From contig OY781945.1 in NCBI GenBank assembly GCA_963677435.1, positions 2,752,001 to 2,816,000 on the forward strand: a stretch of DNA of 64,000 nucleotides, in the 5' to 3' direction. The notes beneath the pieces are model-generated. The model was not told the origin of the DNA. It searched no databases and worked only from the letters and a program-made list of their open reading frames with translations. This document shows, one piece after another, positions 48,722 through 59,771 of the stretch. Origin of the DNA: an uncultured Aliarcobacter sp. GTDB lineage: Bacteria; Campylobacterota; Campylobacteria; Campylobacterales; Arcobacteraceae. The translations under genes were made by a program, and so were the position numbers. Position 1 is the first letter of the stretch. Every line of letters starts with the position of its first letter.

Positions 48722-49411
48722 TTAATCTATAGTAACTATTTTATAACCTATTTTAGAAAAATTCTCCAAGCATTTTACTGGGAGTTTTTTTCTTAAATTT
48801 CTAGCGACTGAACGAATCGCATCTTCACTCATAAAAGAGTCATTCCAAACAATTGCTTGCATGGTTTCATATGTAACTATTTGATTATTACATTCGCATA
48901 ATAAGTATAATAAATCTAACTCTTTATTTGTAAGTTTCACTTCTACTTCATCTTTTATAAGCTTTTTATTTAAAAAATCAAAATAACAACTTTTTGAAAA
49001 ATATTTCATGTTAGTTTTATTGTCATTTCTAATTCTTTTCACACATTGACTTAATACAGGATATATAGTTTCATGACGAATTGGTTTTATCAAATATTTC
49101 ACAAGCCCTAACTCAATGGCTTCAAGTAAATAACTTGTTTGAGCATAAGCACTAAGAACAACAATATTTGTATGATTATTCTTTTCTCTAATCTTTTTAA
49201 TCATTTCTAAACCATTTAATTTTGGCATATTTATATCTGTAATAATTATGTGAGGTTTTTGTAACTCAATAATTTCAAAAGCCTCAAAAGCATCTTTTGC
49301 TTCATAAACCTCATCAAACAATCTTTTTAAATAAGATATTGCATTTACTCTTATATTTTCTTCATCTTCAACAAATAAGATTTTTATATTTTTAAATTCA
49401 TTTTTACTCAT
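48722..49411 (-). CDS. OmpR-family response regulator
   Basis: FVEDE, TDINMP, YLIKP; winged helix ending KIGYKI. Confidence 0.9.
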   Translation of the reverse strand: MSKNEFKNIKILFVEDEENIRVNAISYLKRLFDEVYEAKDAFEAFEIIELQKPHIIITDINMPKLNGLEMIKKIREKNNHTNIVVLSAYAQTSYLLEAIELGLVKYLIKPIRHETIYPVLSQCVKRIRNDNKTNMKYFSKSCYFDFLNKKLIKDEVEVKLTNKELDLLYLLCECNNQIVTYETMQAIVWNDSFMSEDAIRSVARNLRKKLPVKCLENFSKIGYKIVTID

Positions 49412-49473
49412 CTTGGAATTATACTAGAAAATATATAAATTATGATAATTACTATTAATATTAATTTAAAACT

Positions 49474-51186
49474 ATGTATAATCACAAAATGAAATACCTA
49501 CTGATTTTAAGCTTATTCCTATGTAACCTATATTGTAATGATTTTATAGAAGATTATATATCTGCTGACAATATAAATTATCAAGAAGCATCATATAAAA
49601 AGTTTAAAACAAAAAAGTTAAAAGAGTTTTTTATTAAATTCAAAATAGATACAGAACAACTAAAAGACAAAACATATTATTTAACTATAGTCTCAGATAA
49701 AAATAGTTTAATTTTTACTAATATAAAATATGAAGTAATTAACAATATAATAGTAGTCAAACTTGATGAATTTCAAAATAAAGAGTTTGTTTTTCAATAC
49801 AAATATGAAACTGAAAAACGACCTGAATTTCGTTGGAATACTATAACAAGTTTTGAATATAACTATTTATTGAAATATGAGGGTATTTTATATGGAGTAT
49901 CTTATGGAATAATATTCTGTGCTTTTTTATATTATCTAATAATTTATTTTTCAACAAAAATGAGATATTTTTTATATTACTCTTTAATGCAATTTTTTGT
50001 TCTTTTATCTTTAATTGGATTTGTCTATTTTAGTTATCAACCATATCCTAGATCAACTCCTCAAGCAATCGTTGATATTTGTGAAACTATTAGTTTTTTA
50101 TTTACTCTTTTATTTGCACAAAGTATTTTAAATACAAAAGAGCAAATGCCTTTTTTTCATAAATTTATAGATTTCTTTATATTATTAAATATTATAGATA
50201 TTGTTCTTATTTTTATATATAAGTACTCAATTCTTTATGAATATATGCCTTTTTATATAGGATTTATAATTCCTATAGTTGCAGGTTTTATAGCTATAAA
50301 AAAAGGAGATAAAAATGCTATCGTTTATACTATTGGTTGGTTGGTTGTATCTATTTTTATATATGTTGCTGATGATTGGAATATCACACCAATTAGTGGA
50401 ATTTATGTTATTCATATTGGAGCACCTCTTGAATCACTAATTTTTAGTTTTGCATTAGGTTTTATGTTAAGGAATCTTGCCAAAGAAAAAAATGAAAAAG
50501 AAAAACTTTTAATTCATCAAAGTAAATTAGCTTCCATGGGAGAAATGATAAATAATATTGCTCATCAATGGAGACAACCTTTAACTCATTTAGGTTTTAT
50601 AAATATGAATTTGCAATTAGCTTTTGAAGATAATCCTTTAGATAAAAAATATTTAAAAGAAAAAATTCTTGAATCAAATGCTCAATTGGATTTTATGTCA
50701 AAAACTATCGATAATTTTAATGATTTTTATTTACTAAATAAACAAAAAGAACTATTTCTAATAAGTAATGCTGTTAAAAAAGCTCTCGATATTATGGAGC
50801 CAATTTTTGAAAGTAATAAAATAGAGTTTAAATTTAATGTTATAAAAGATAAACAAATTAATGCTTATGAAAATGAATATTCACAAGTAATTCTAAATCT
50901 TCTAACAAATGCAAAAGATGTTTTAATTTCAAGAAATATAGAAAATCCACAAATTACAATAACAATTGATGAAAAAAATGACTTATCAATCACTTCAATT
51001 TTTGATAATGCAGGTGGAATAGAAAATAAATATCAAAATAAAATATTTGAACCATATTTTACAACAAAACAAAAAGGTAGTGGAATTGGTCTTTATATGT
51101 CAAAAATGATAATACAATCTCACTTTAAAGGCAAAATAAAAGTTTTTAATACAAACAAAGGTGCTTGTTTTAGTATTGAAGTATAA
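49474..51186 (+). CDS. 7TM-DISM sensor histidine kinase
   Basis: Extracellular domain, about seven TMs, AHQWRQPL, DNAGG, GSGIGLY. Confidence 0.9.
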   Translation: MYNHKMKYLLILSLFLCNLYCNDFIEDYISADNINYQEASYKKFKTKKLKEFFIKFKIDTEQLKDKTYYLTIVSDKNSLIFTNIKYEVINNIIVVKLDEFQNKEFVFQYKYETEKRPEFRWNTITSFEYNYLLKYEGILYGVSYGIIFCAFLYYLIIYFSTKMRYFLYYSLMQFFVLLSLIGFVYFSYQPYPRSTPQAIVDICETISFLFTLLFAQSILNTKEQMPFFHKFIDFFILLNIIDIVLIFIYKYSILYEYMPFYIGFIIPIVAGFIAIKKGDKNAIVYTIGWLVVSIFIYVADDWNITPISGIYVIHIGAPLESLIFSFALGFMLRNLAKEKNEKEKLLIHQSKLASMGEMINNIAHQWRQPLTHLGFINMNLQLAFEDNPLDKKYLKEKILESNAQLDFMSKTIDNFNDFYLLNKQKELFLISNAVKKALDIMEPIFESNKIEFKFNVIKDKQINAYENEYSQVILNLLTNAKDVLISRNIENPQITITIDEKNDLSITSIFDNAGGIENKYQNKIFEPYFTTKQKGSGIGLYMSKMIIQSHFKGKIKVFNTNKGACFSIEV

Positions 51187-51212
51187 AACAGCAGAAAGTT
51201 CTGCTGTTTTAT
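51183..51212. terminator. Bidirectional intrinsic terminator
   Basis: ATAAAACAGCAGAA-AG-TTCTGCTGTTTTAT inverted repeat between convergent genes. Confidence 0.8.
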
Positions 51213-51214
51213 TT

Positions 51215-51457
51215 TTAGTTTTCTTTTGATTCTTTTACAAGATTGACATACCAATCTTCTGTTATATCTTCAAGTTCTAAATCTTTTAAAATAATTTCCA
51301 ATCCATCAGCTCGCATACTTAACTCATCAATTTTTTCCTCAGGGATAAACAAAACTTCAACACAATAATCAAATAATTGTTCTTCACAATCAACATCGTG
51401 CATCCCCCATCCATCTTCAAACTCATCAATTAAAAAGTACTTTTCTAGCTCTTTCAT
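51215..51457 (-). CDS. Small acidic hypothetical protein
   Basis: 80 aa, D/E-rich, AAGGA RBS, directly downstream of fumC. Confidence 0.7.
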   Translation of the reverse strand: MKELEKYFLIDEFEDGWGMHDVDCEEQLFDYCVEVLFIPEEKIDELSMRADGLEIILKDLELEDITEDWYVNLVKESKEN

Positions 51458-51475
51458 ATAATCTAAATCCTTGTT

Positions 51476-52873
51476 TTATAAAGTGGGTTTTATCATATTT
51501 TCTGGTTTTACATAAGAATCAAACTCTTCTTGAGTTAAAATTCCAAGATTAACTGCTTCTTGTTTAAGTGTTGTACCATTTTTATGAGCTGTTTTTGCTA
51601 TAAGTGCTGCTTTTTCATATCCAATATATGGATTTAGCGCAGTTACAAGCATTAGTGAATCATTTAAATATTTATTGATATTTACTAAATTAGGTTCTAT
51701 TCCAACTGCGCAATTATCATTAAATGCAAGCATTGTATCACTTAAAAGTCTAATTGATTGCAAAATATTTAATGCAATTACAGGTTTGAATACATTTAAC
51801 TCAAAATTCCCTTGACTAGCAGCTATTGAAACTGTTGTATTGTTTCCCATAACTTGAACAGCCACCATTGTCATGGCTTCACTTTGAGTTGGATTTACTT
51901 TTCCAGGCATGATTGAACTTCCTGGTTCATTTTCAGGAATATTAAGCTCACCAATTCCACATCTAGGACCTGATGAAAGCCATCTTATATCATTTGCAAT
52001 TTTCATAAGATTTGAAGCAAGTGCTGTTAAAACTCCACTTAAAACTACTTCTGCATCGTGAGCTGTTAGGGCATGAAATTTATTTGGATGAGATTTAAAC
52101 TCATATTTTGTAGCAGTTAAAATATTTAATACATCACTAACCATTGGCGAAAAATTTGGATGAGAATTTAATCCCGTTCCAACAGCAGTTCCACCAATTG
52201 CCAATTCTACAAGATATTTCATACTATCATCTATTTGATTTAAAGCTTTTTCTAACATTTCAACATAAGCAGAAATTTCTTGCCCAAGAGTTAGTGGCGT
52301 TGCATCTTGAAGATGTGTTCTTCCAATTTTTACAATATTTTCAAACTCTTTTGATTTATTTTCAAAAGTTGTTTTTAAAACATTTATTGCAGGAATTAAC
52401 CTTTTTTGAATATCTAAAACAAAAGCAATTCTCATAGCAGTTGGATAAGTATCGTTTGAACTTTGCCCTTTATTTACATCATCATTTGGATGAATAAGTT
52501 TATCAACTCTAAAATCTTTTCCTAAATTTTGCGTTGCTCTTGCTGCTATTACTTCATTTACATTCATATTTGACTGAGTTCCAGAACCCGTTTGCCAGAC
52601 AGCTAAAGGGAATTCATTTGATAATTTTCCTTGAATAATTTCATCACAAGTAACACAAATAGCATCTGTTTTAGTTTTATCTAATCTATTTAATTTATTA
52701 TTTACAATCGCGCATGCTTTTTTTAAATATGCAAAACCTTCAATAATCTCTTTTGGCATTTTTTCATCACCAATTGGGAAATTTTCTAAACTTCTTTGTG
52801 TTTGTGCTCCCCAATATTTATCATTTGGAACTTTTATTTCACCCATTGTATCTTTTTCTATTCTAAAATCCAT
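51476..52873 (-). CDS. fumC: Class II (iron-independent) fumarate hydratase
   Basis: [31 protein letters not shown] signature. Confidence 0.97.
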   Translation of the reverse strand: MDFRIEKDTMGEIKVPNDKYWGAQTQRSLENFPIGDEKMPKEIIEGFAYLKKACAIVNNKLNRLDKTKTDAICVTCDEIIQGKLSNEFPLAVWQTGSGTQSNMNVNEVIAARATQNLGKDFRVDKLIHPNDDVNKGQSSNDTYPTAMRIAFVLDIQKRLIPAINVLKTTFENKSKEFENIVKIGRTHLQDATPLTLGQEISAYVEMLEKALNQIDDSMKYLVELAIGGTAVGTGLNSHPNFSPMVSDVLNILTATKYEFKSHPNKFHALTAHDAEVVLSGVLTALASNLMKIANDIRWLSSGPRCGIGELNIPENEPGSSIMPGKVNPTQSEAMTMVAVQVMGNNTTVSIAASQGNFELNVFKPVIALNILQSIRLLSDTMLAFNDNCAVGIEPNLVNINKYLNDSLMLVTALNPYIGYEKAALIAKTAHKNGTTLKQEAVNLGILTQEEFDSYVKPENMIKPTL

Positions 52874-52886
52874 TTTTTTTCCTATT

Positions 52887-52905
52887 ATTGATATAGATTA
52901 TCATT
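52887..52905. promoter_or_regulatory. Fur box of fumC
   Basis: Minus strand AATGATAATCTATATCAAT abutting a TATAAT -10 at 52906-52911. Confidence 0.75.
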
Positions 52906-52920
52906 ATTATATATATTATC

Positions 52921-53325
52921 TTAATTGTTATTTAATTTTTTAAATTTCTTTACTTTTTGTGAATATATTACTAAAGATATGAAAAAAATAAAAGAACAAA
53001 AAAAGATAAAAAAATTTTTATAATTAGAAGATTTATTATAAAGTAAATTATCACCAATTTTTGCAACAATATAAAAACTCTGGAGAGGAATAGTTATAGT
53101 TTGATTATCTTTTGATAATAAAAATTCCATTAAAACTTGATTATCTTTGATTGAGATGATTTTTATTTGATTTGAAAATTTTTCTTTATTTGTTTTAGGT
53201 TCTAAAACTTCAATTTTGATATTTTTCTCATCAATTATTGATATATTTAATTTTGAAGTCTCCTTTTGATGAGAAAAACAATAAACTGAAAGAATTAAAT
53301 TTATTAGAAATATCTTTTTTAACAT
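52921..53325 (-). CDS. Exported protein with C-terminal TM, accessory to PepSY_TM
   Basis: Signal peptide ending CFS-H and a C-terminal TM; start ATG 53325 after AAGGA. Confidence 0.65.
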   Translation of the reverse strand: MLKKIFLINLILSVYCFSHQKETSKLNISIIDEKNIKIEVLEPKTNKEKFSNQIKIISIKDNQVLMEFLLSKDNQTITIPLQSFYIVAKIGDNLLYNKSSNYKNFFIFFCSFIFFISLVIYSQKVKKFKKLNNN

Positions 53326-53326
53326 T

Positions 53327-54871
53327 TTAAGTCCTTGTATAATCAAAGTTAGATAAAAAATTTAAATCTATTTTCTTTGAAATAATAAATAAAATTAAAG
53401 AAACTGAAATCAAAACTAAATCTACATAAAATACTACATCTATATTTTTTATAAAGCTATTCCAAATAAAAATATTTGTTTGAAATCCATGTATAAAAAC
53501 TGAAAAGAAAAAGAAGAAACTACTTAGATATAAATTTATCTTTATTATTTTTGAAATTTTATTTTCCCAAAAACTGTATAAAAGTAATAAAAGAAATAAA
53601 CTATAAAACATACCTTTCATTATTAAATCTTTTTCAAGAAAACTATTTAGTATTAAATAATGAATAAAAAACAGAAATGCACTACAAGTAATTGAGCCAA
53701 AAATTATTGTTAAAATTATTCTATTTAAAAAATTTACCCATGTGAGATCTACAATATTATGTAACTTCTTTTGTGCCCAAATTATGTAACCAAATGACAA
53801 TGACATACAAAGAACCAGACCTAAAATAAAAAATACAATTCTTATTAAAACTGTTTCATCTGGTAAAAAATGTAAAAAATAAAACGCTGATAAAGTTTTT
53901 TTAATTCCATGAGTTTCATCTAAGTTTGTCTTAGAAAGTATTTTTCCATTAATACTATTTAATATAATATTTATTCGATTAACATTTCCAGTTATTGCCC
54001 TATTATTATGTAAATATCCACTAAAAATAGTTTGAGAATTATCTTTTTTATAATTAAAAATATTTATATTTGTAATCACCAAATTTTCATAATTTATTTT
54101 CGCAAAAGCTTGTAATTGAGAAAGCTTTAAAGGTTCAATTATATTTTCACTACTTTTTAATAAATCATTTTGTTTAAAAATAATTGGTGCAACTACTTTT
54201 CTAAGATTTGTTTCTTTATTATCTGTTGCACTTAATACAAATGGTTTAGAATTAAATAGCATAAAACCAATAAAGGAACCTGTTAATGCAAATATTAATA
54301 AAAAAGGAATTATTACTAAACCTAAGTTTTTATGCCATTTAATCCAAAATCTTTTATCTGATTTTTTTTCTTCTTTTATTTTCTTTTTATTAAATATAAA
54401 AAGTAAAAGTGCACTAAAAATTAAAAACAAAACACCAATTGAAGCCAAACCCATCAAAACTTGTCCAATAACTGGAATGTTTTCTCCAAAATGAAGTTCA
54501 TTAAAAAACTCACTTACATTTGTATATTCATAAAAAGTATCTAATTCTTCATTTGTATTTGGATTTAAATATATTGAAGATTGATCTTTTGTTGAAATTT
54601 TTATTCTAGGGTCTTTAAAACTTGGAGGAATTATTTCAATATTTTTATCATCTAATTTATATTTATTTATTATTTCATCCAATTTATCATCAATATTAAA
54701 TCCATAATCAACTGTTTTTTGTATATGTTTAGAAGGAAGTTCCCAATAACTAACATAAGGTAAAAAAAATGTCAAACTGCCAAAGTAAGAACTAATATAA
54801 AAAAGAAATATACAAAATAATCCTACAATTGTATGAGCGCGCAAAAGAAATTTTATATTTAACTTTTCCAT
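53327..54871 (-). CDS. PepSY-associated TM helix protein
   Basis: RAHT, ELHFG, KWHKN and FLHF; paralog of 42351-43928. Confidence 0.87.
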   Translation of the reverse strand: MEKLNIKFLLRAHTIVGLFCIFLFYISSYFGSLTFFLPYVSYWELPSKHIQKTVDYGFNIDDKLDEIINKYKLDDKNIEIIPPSFKDPRIKISTKDQSSIYLNPNTNEELDTFYEYTNVSEFFNELHFGENIPVIGQVLMGLASIGVLFLIFSALLLFIFNKKKIKEEKKSDKRFWIKWHKNLGLVIIPFLLIFALTGSFIGFMLFNSKPFVLSATDNKETNLRKVVAPIIFKQNDLLKSSENIIEPLKLSQLQAFAKINYENLVITNINIFNYKKDNSQTIFSGYLHNNRAITGNVNRINIILNSINGKILSKTNLDETHGIKKTLSAFYFLHFLPDETVLIRIVFFILGLVLCMSLSFGYIIWAQKKLHNIVDLTWVNFLNRIILTIIFGSITCSAFLFFIHYLILNSFLEKDLIMKGMFYSLFLLLLLYSFWENKISKIIKINLYLSSFFFFFSVFIHGFQTNIFIWNSFIKNIDVVFYVDLVLISVSLILFIISKKIDLNFLSNFDYTRT

Positions 54872-55170
54872 TAAATAATTCCTTTTAAAAATACAATTAT
54901 TAGATAAATAATTATTAGGTATAAAATCTTTTTTATGATTTCGAAATATGTTTTACTAAAAAGTAACCAAGTAGCTATTAAAGTAATTAGTATAGGTGTT
55001 ATTATCATTGGAGGAATAGTTTTATAAGCAAAATCTGCAAAAATTATTGAAGAAATCAAAGACATTATTAGAAAACTACTGATAAAACTGCCTATACAGG
55101 AAATAAGTCCATGAACCCAACCAATTTTGGTTTTGGGTTCATTTAAAAAAGAGTAGAACATTCTTTTCAT
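54871..55170 (-). CDS. Small three-TM accessory membrane protein
   Basis: Paralog of 43937-44242 (KIG...C.G segment) in the same operon position. Confidence 0.72.
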   Translation of the reverse strand: MKRMFYSFLNEPKTKIGWVHGLISCIGSFISSFLIMSLISSIIFADFAYKTIPPMIITPILITLIATWLLFSKTYFEIIKKILYLIIIYLIIVFLKGII

Positions 55171-55180
55171 TTTTTTTCTT

Positions 55181-57157
55181 TTAGAATTTATAAGCCAAAG
55201 TTACTTTATAACTTCTTCCTGGTTCATAGTCACCTAAAAATATTCCTCTTGAGTAATCATTTCTTGAAGTATGAGCTATGTATTCTTTATCAAAGATATT
55301 ATCAATTCCTGCGATAACTGATAAATTTTTATTGATTTCTGGTATATATTTTATTGAAGCATCATGTACTCCATATCCTGCTTTTTCTAAAGAATCAACT
55401 CCTTCTCCACTTCCTTTTACAAAAATAGAGTTCCAAGAAACATCTACAAAAGGAGTTATTTTATAATCAACTCCTACTGTAATCTTGTCACCTTGTTCAT
55501 AATTTGATGCTTTTTGTGTTGCTGAAAACTCTGTATCAGATTTTGATAAAGCAATCAATGTTGAAACATCCCCTTTTATAAATTTAAAACTTGCTTCAAA
55601 ACCTTTAAGCTCTAAATCTCCATTGTTAAAAATAATAGGAGTACTACCATCCCAAGCTTGAATAACATCTTTTATATCTGTTCTGAAGTATTTAAATGAA
55701 AAACCTACTTTATCAGCATTTAAAACATTATCATTTATATAAGTAAATCCAACTTCTTTATTTAGTCCTGTTTCTGCTTTTAAATCTCCACTTTCTGTCA
55801 TAACTGTTCTATCAGAAGCTAAAACATCTACCATTGGAACACCTTTATAAAGAGTTGTTCCACTTGCTTGTAATGTAATAGTTTCACTTAAAGCATACTC
55901 TCCAGCTAAACCATAAGTTAATTCATTATCATTAATATTTCCATATGAACTATCTAATTTATAGTTTGTATATCTAACTCCTGGAGTTATAATTAAACCA
56001 TTATTAAAATCAATTGCATCTTCAACAAAAATTGCTGTTTCTGTTGCTTCTTCATCTTTTCCATATTTAGATCCATTCCAAGTAACTTTACTTGTTTGCT
56101 CATCATATGTAAGTCCATAAGTAAAAGTATTTAGAGTTGTTAATACATCAATATTAGATTGAGCTTTTGTATTAAGTCCTACTGTTTTTACTTCACCTTT
56201 TAGTGTACCTATAAAATCAGGTCGTGGGCTTCTAGCACCTCCTACCCAATTTTCATCTCTTTCTAGTTCATTTTCATTTGAGTATACTGTCGTATCTAGA
56301 ACTAATTTATCTCCTAAATTTAACTCATGTTTTAAAGTTATAGTTTCTCTTGTATATTCTGTATCAAAAGTTTTTCCAGCTCCTGTTAAAGCAGCATTTG
56401 CATTTGAACCCATGTCTGGTCTTGGGAAATAATCTCCTTCGTCTGTTAAAGTATCATAAGAGAGTGAAATTCTTTGGGTATCATTTAAGTTATATCCTAA
56501 TTTAACTAAAGTATTTTGAATATTTCCATCTGAACCAAAACTCTTTTTACCTTCTCCATCTTTCCAATTATTTTTATCTAAATAGTTATGATAAACTAAA
56601 AAATCAATATCATTTGATACTTTTCCATATCCTGTTAATGAACCACCTAAACTATTATTTGAATTATAAGTTGAAGAGACCCTTGCTCCAAAGTCTTTTC
56701 CTTTATCAAGCATATCTTTCCCATCTTTTGTTTCAAAAGCAACAGAACCACCTAAACTTCCACTTACAACAGAATTTGTTCCAACTTGAATATCAGCTTT
56801 TTTTAAAATATCTGGATTTATAAGTAAATTCCCAATATGATGGAACATATTTACATTTTGAATTTTCGCACCATCAAGAGTAATACTTAAATCTTCATCT
56901 TGTAAACCTCGCATGTTAATTCTATTATTGATTGAATGACTTCCCCCAACTTCAACTCCAGGTAAATCTCTTAATAAGTCACTTAAATGATCTGCTTGTT
57001 TTGTTTCAATCGCATTTTCACCTAAATTTAAAGATGAACTTATAACTTGAGTTTCCCAAACTGTAACATCTTCAATTTCTGTTGTTTCTTGGGCATTTAA
57101 ATTATTTGCCATTAAAACTAATGCAGTTAATGAACTTAATAATATTTTTTGTTTCAT
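55181..57157 (-). CDS. TonB-dependent receptor (FetA/FrpB/VctA-like)
   Basis: EDVTVW TonB box, QADHLSDLLRDLPGV, MFHHIGNL, EPGRSYK and C-terminal F. Confidence 0.9.
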   Translation of the reverse strand: MKQKILLSSLTALVLMANNLNAQETTEIEDVTVWETQVISSSLNLGENAIETKQADHLSDLLRDLPGVEVGGSHSINNRINMRGLQDEDLSITLDGAKIQNVNMFHHIGNLLINPDILKKADIQVGTNSVVSGSLGGSVAFETKDGKDMLDKGKDFGARVSSTYNSNNSLGGSLTGYGKVSNDIDFLVYHNYLDKNNWKDGEGKKSFGSDGNIQNTLVKLGYNLNDTQRISLSYDTLTDEGDYFPRPDMGSNANAALTGAGKTFDTEYTRETITLKHELNLGDKLVLDTTVYSNENELERDENWVGGARSPRPDFIGTLKGEVKTVGLNTKAQSNIDVLTTLNTFTYGLTYDEQTSKVTWNGSKYGKDEEATETAIFVEDAIDFNNGLIITPGVRYTNYKLDSSYGNINDNELTYGLAGEYALSETITLQASGTTLYKGVPMVDVLASDRTVMTESGDLKAETGLNKEVGFTYINDNVLNADKVGFSFKYFRTDIKDVIQAWDGSTPIIFNNGDLELKGFEASFKFIKGDVSTLIALSKSDTEFSATQKASNYEQGDKITVGVDYKITPFVDVSWNSIFVKGSGEGVDSLEKAGYGVHDASIKYIPEINKNLSVIAGIDNIFDKEYIAHTSRNDYSRGIFLGDYEPGRSYKVTLAYKF

Positions 57158-57175
57158 TGCTTAATCCTATTTTAA

Positions 57176-57194
57176 ATTGATATTGAGTATCATA
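57176..57194. promoter_or_regulatory. Fur box overlapping the receptor -10
   Basis: ATTGATATTGAGTATCATA. Confidence 0.65.
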
Positions 57195-57231
57195 ACTAAT
57201 ACTAATCACAATAAAATCACAAAGGAACATT

Positions 57232-57945
57232 TTGTCAAAAAATAATTTGAAAGATATCTCAATTTTAATTATTGAAGACGAAGCAGTTTTAGCATTAGGA
57301 TTAAAATTTACCTTGAAAAATTTCGGATATAGTGTTTCTGGAATTGAGAATTCCATGAGTGGAACAATAAATCATCTAAATAGTTCTATTCCAGATTTAG
57401 CATTAGTTGATATAAAATTAAAAAATTCTTCTTGTGGTATTGAAATTGCGAAATTTTTATGGCAAACAAGAAAAATACCAATTATTTTTCTAACTTCGTA
57501 TTCAGATGAAAAAACTATAGAAAAAACTTTATCTTGCGAACCTTATGGATATTTGATTAAACCATGCAAAGATCAAGAATTACATACAACAATACAAACA
57601 AGTCTAAATAAACATAACTATTTCTTTAAAAATAAAGAAATTTTTGTAAACAATGATGATTTTGTATTTTTAGAAAATAATTTTAAATTTCATAAAGGGA
57701 AATCTATTCTTTATAAAAATAATGAACCTTTAAAATTAACAGGAAATGAAATAAAGTTAATTGAATTACTAAGTGACTATCAAAAAGAAGTAGTCTCATT
57801 TGAACGAATAAGTAGTTATATTTGGAGAGAGAATTTATATGATTTAGGTAAATTAAGAACTTTAATTTACAGATTAAAACAAAAAATAGGATTTGAAATT
57901 ATTGAAAATATTTTTGAATCTGGTTATAAATTAAAAGTTAAATAA
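57232..57945 (+). CDS. Response regulator (REC plus winged helix), paralog of 34722-35462
   Basis: IIEDE, LVDIKL, YLIKPC, YDLGKLRTLIYRLK. Confidence 0.9.
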   Translation: MSKNNLKDISILIIEDEAVLALGLKFTLKNFGYSVSGIENSMSGTINHLNSSIPDLALVDIKLKNSSCGIEIAKFLWQTRKIPIIFLTSYSDEKTIEKTLSCEPYGYLIKPCKDQELHTTIQTSLNKHNYFFKNKEIFVNNDDFVFLENNFKFHKGKSILYKNNEPLKLTGNEIKLIELLSDYQKEVVSFERISSYIWRENLYDLGKLRTLIYRLKQKIGFEIIENIFESGYKLKVK

Positions 57946-57947
57946 AC

Positions 57948-59771
57948 TTGGCAAATTATAAAAATATTCCCATAAGCTTAAAAATTGGTTTAACTTTTTT
58001 TTCATTGGCTTTAGTATTATTGGCAATTTTATTTATTCTATTAATCCCTCGAATTGAAAAAGAACAATATAATAATGCTATTTTACAAACTGAAAAAATG
58101 GTACTTTTAACAAAATACCAAATTACTTTAATTGTAGATTATTTTAAAGAATACGGATCTTTTGAAAAAAACGAATCAAAACAAGAGATAATAAACTTAA
58201 TTGATAAAATAAAACTCTATATAAAACTTGATAAGAATTACACTGAAAAAAAATTTGAAAAAGATTTAAAAAATATAAATAAAAACTTCAACTGCAAAAT
58301 TGATTTATTCGAAAATAATAAAAATATTTTATCTTTAACACATGATAAAGTGAAAGAAGAATTTAATTTTAAAAATATTTCATATAACAAATGGATTAAT
58401 ATAGATAATTCAAAAACGCTTTGCCCTCATTCAACTTATTATGCATTTAAAACTAAAATAAAAAATCAAGAAATAAGGCTTTCTTGTAGTTCAAATTTTG
58501 TAAATAATTATAAAAATATTGAGCAAGATGTAAAAAAAATCGTTCAAGAAGGGTTTTCATTAACTGAAAATATTCACAAAGGTAAAATTTATATGATGTG
58601 GATAAACAATGACTTGCAAGGAGAAGAATTATATAAATCCCTTGATACAATAGATAATGAAAATAATAAAAACTTTTGTGTGAGTAAAATTTCAAATTAT
58701 AGATTACCAAAAAGTGGAGAATTAACTATAAAAGATATTTTAGATGTTGAAAACACAAAAAATATAAAACATCAAATTGATGATAAAACTACATTAACTT
58801 GGATTAGTAAAATTTATAAAAAAGATAATCAAAGCTTTGTTTTTATTTTGAGTGCCTTTGAAGATGATTTTAAAAATAATATAAATAGCCCAATAATAAC
58901 AATATTACCAATATCAATTTTAGCCCTATTAATTTCAATTATATTTGGTTATTTTCTTCTTAAAAAATGGATAAAAAATATAGATATATTATCAAATACC
59001 GCAAAACAAATTTGTTTGGGAAAACTAAATTTAAGAAGCGAAGTAAAAGGAAATGATGATATTGGAATACTGGGAGTAGCTTTTGATTCAATGCTTGATA
59101 AGCTTGAAGATAATATAAAAAATTTAGATTCAGAAGTAGAAAACAGAACTATTGAACTTTCAAACTCATTAAAATCTAAAGAAATACTTTTAAAAGAAAT
59201 CCACCATAGAGTAAAAAATAATCTTGCATTAACTATCAATTTAATTAAACTACAAAAATTCAAAATAGAAGACTTGAATACAAGAAATGCCCTTTCTAAT
59301 ATTGAAAATAGAATATATACAATGGCTTTACTTCATACAAAATTATATGAATCGCAAAATATTGACTCAATAAATTTTAAGAATTATGTGGAACAATTAA
59401 TTGATGATATAAAATCAACTTTTGAAGATAATCATGAAATTGAAATCCTATTAGAAGTAGATGAAATTTTTTTAAATATAGATTATGCCTTGCCTTGTGG
59501 ATTAATAATAAATGAAGCTTTAACAAATTGTTTTAAATATGCTTTTCCTAATAAAAAAGGTTTTATTTCATTAAAGTTTAAATTCTTAAATAACAAATGT
59601 ATTTTAGAAATAATTGATAATGGGATTGGTTTAGAAAAAGATTTTCAAATAGAAGAAACAGATACTCTTGGATTAAATTTAATTAATTCAATAGCAACTA
59701 TTCAACTAAATGGAAAGCTAAATATTGTTAATTTAGAAGGAACGCAGTTATCTATTACTTTTAATTTATAA
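57948..59771 (+). CDS. Sensor histidine kinase, HisKA_2 type with HAMP domain, paralog of 35449-37302
   Basis: DDIGILG.AFDSML HAMP, KEIHHRVKNNLALTI, DNGIG. Confidence 0.92.
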   Translation: MANYKNIPISLKIGLTFFSLALVLLAILFILLIPRIEKEQYNNAILQTEKMVLLTKYQITLIVDYFKEYGSFEKNESKQEIINLIDKIKLYIKLDKNYTEKKFEKDLKNINKNFNCKIDLFENNKNILSLTHDKVKEEFNFKNISYNKWINIDNSKTLCPHSTYYAFKTKIKNQEIRLSCSSNFVNNYKNIEQDVKKIVQEGFSLTENIHKGKIYMMWINNDLQGEELYKSLDTIDNENNKNFCVSKISNYRLPKSGELTIKDILDVENTKNIKHQIDDKTTLTWISKIYKKDNQSFVFILSAFEDDFKNNINSPIITILPISILALLISIIFGYFLLKKWIKNIDILSNTAKQICLGKLNLRSEVKGNDDIGILGVAFDSMLDKLEDNIKNLDSEVENRTIELSNSLKSKEILLKEIHHRVKNNLALTINLIKLQKFKIEDLNTRNALSNIENRIYTMALLHTKLYESQNIDSINFKNYVEQLIDDIKSTFEDNHEIEILLEVDEIFLNIDYALPCGLIINEALTNCFKYAFPNKKGFISLKFKFLNNKCILEIIDNGIGLEKDFQIEETDTLGLNLINSIATIQLNGKLNIVNLEGTQLSITFNL

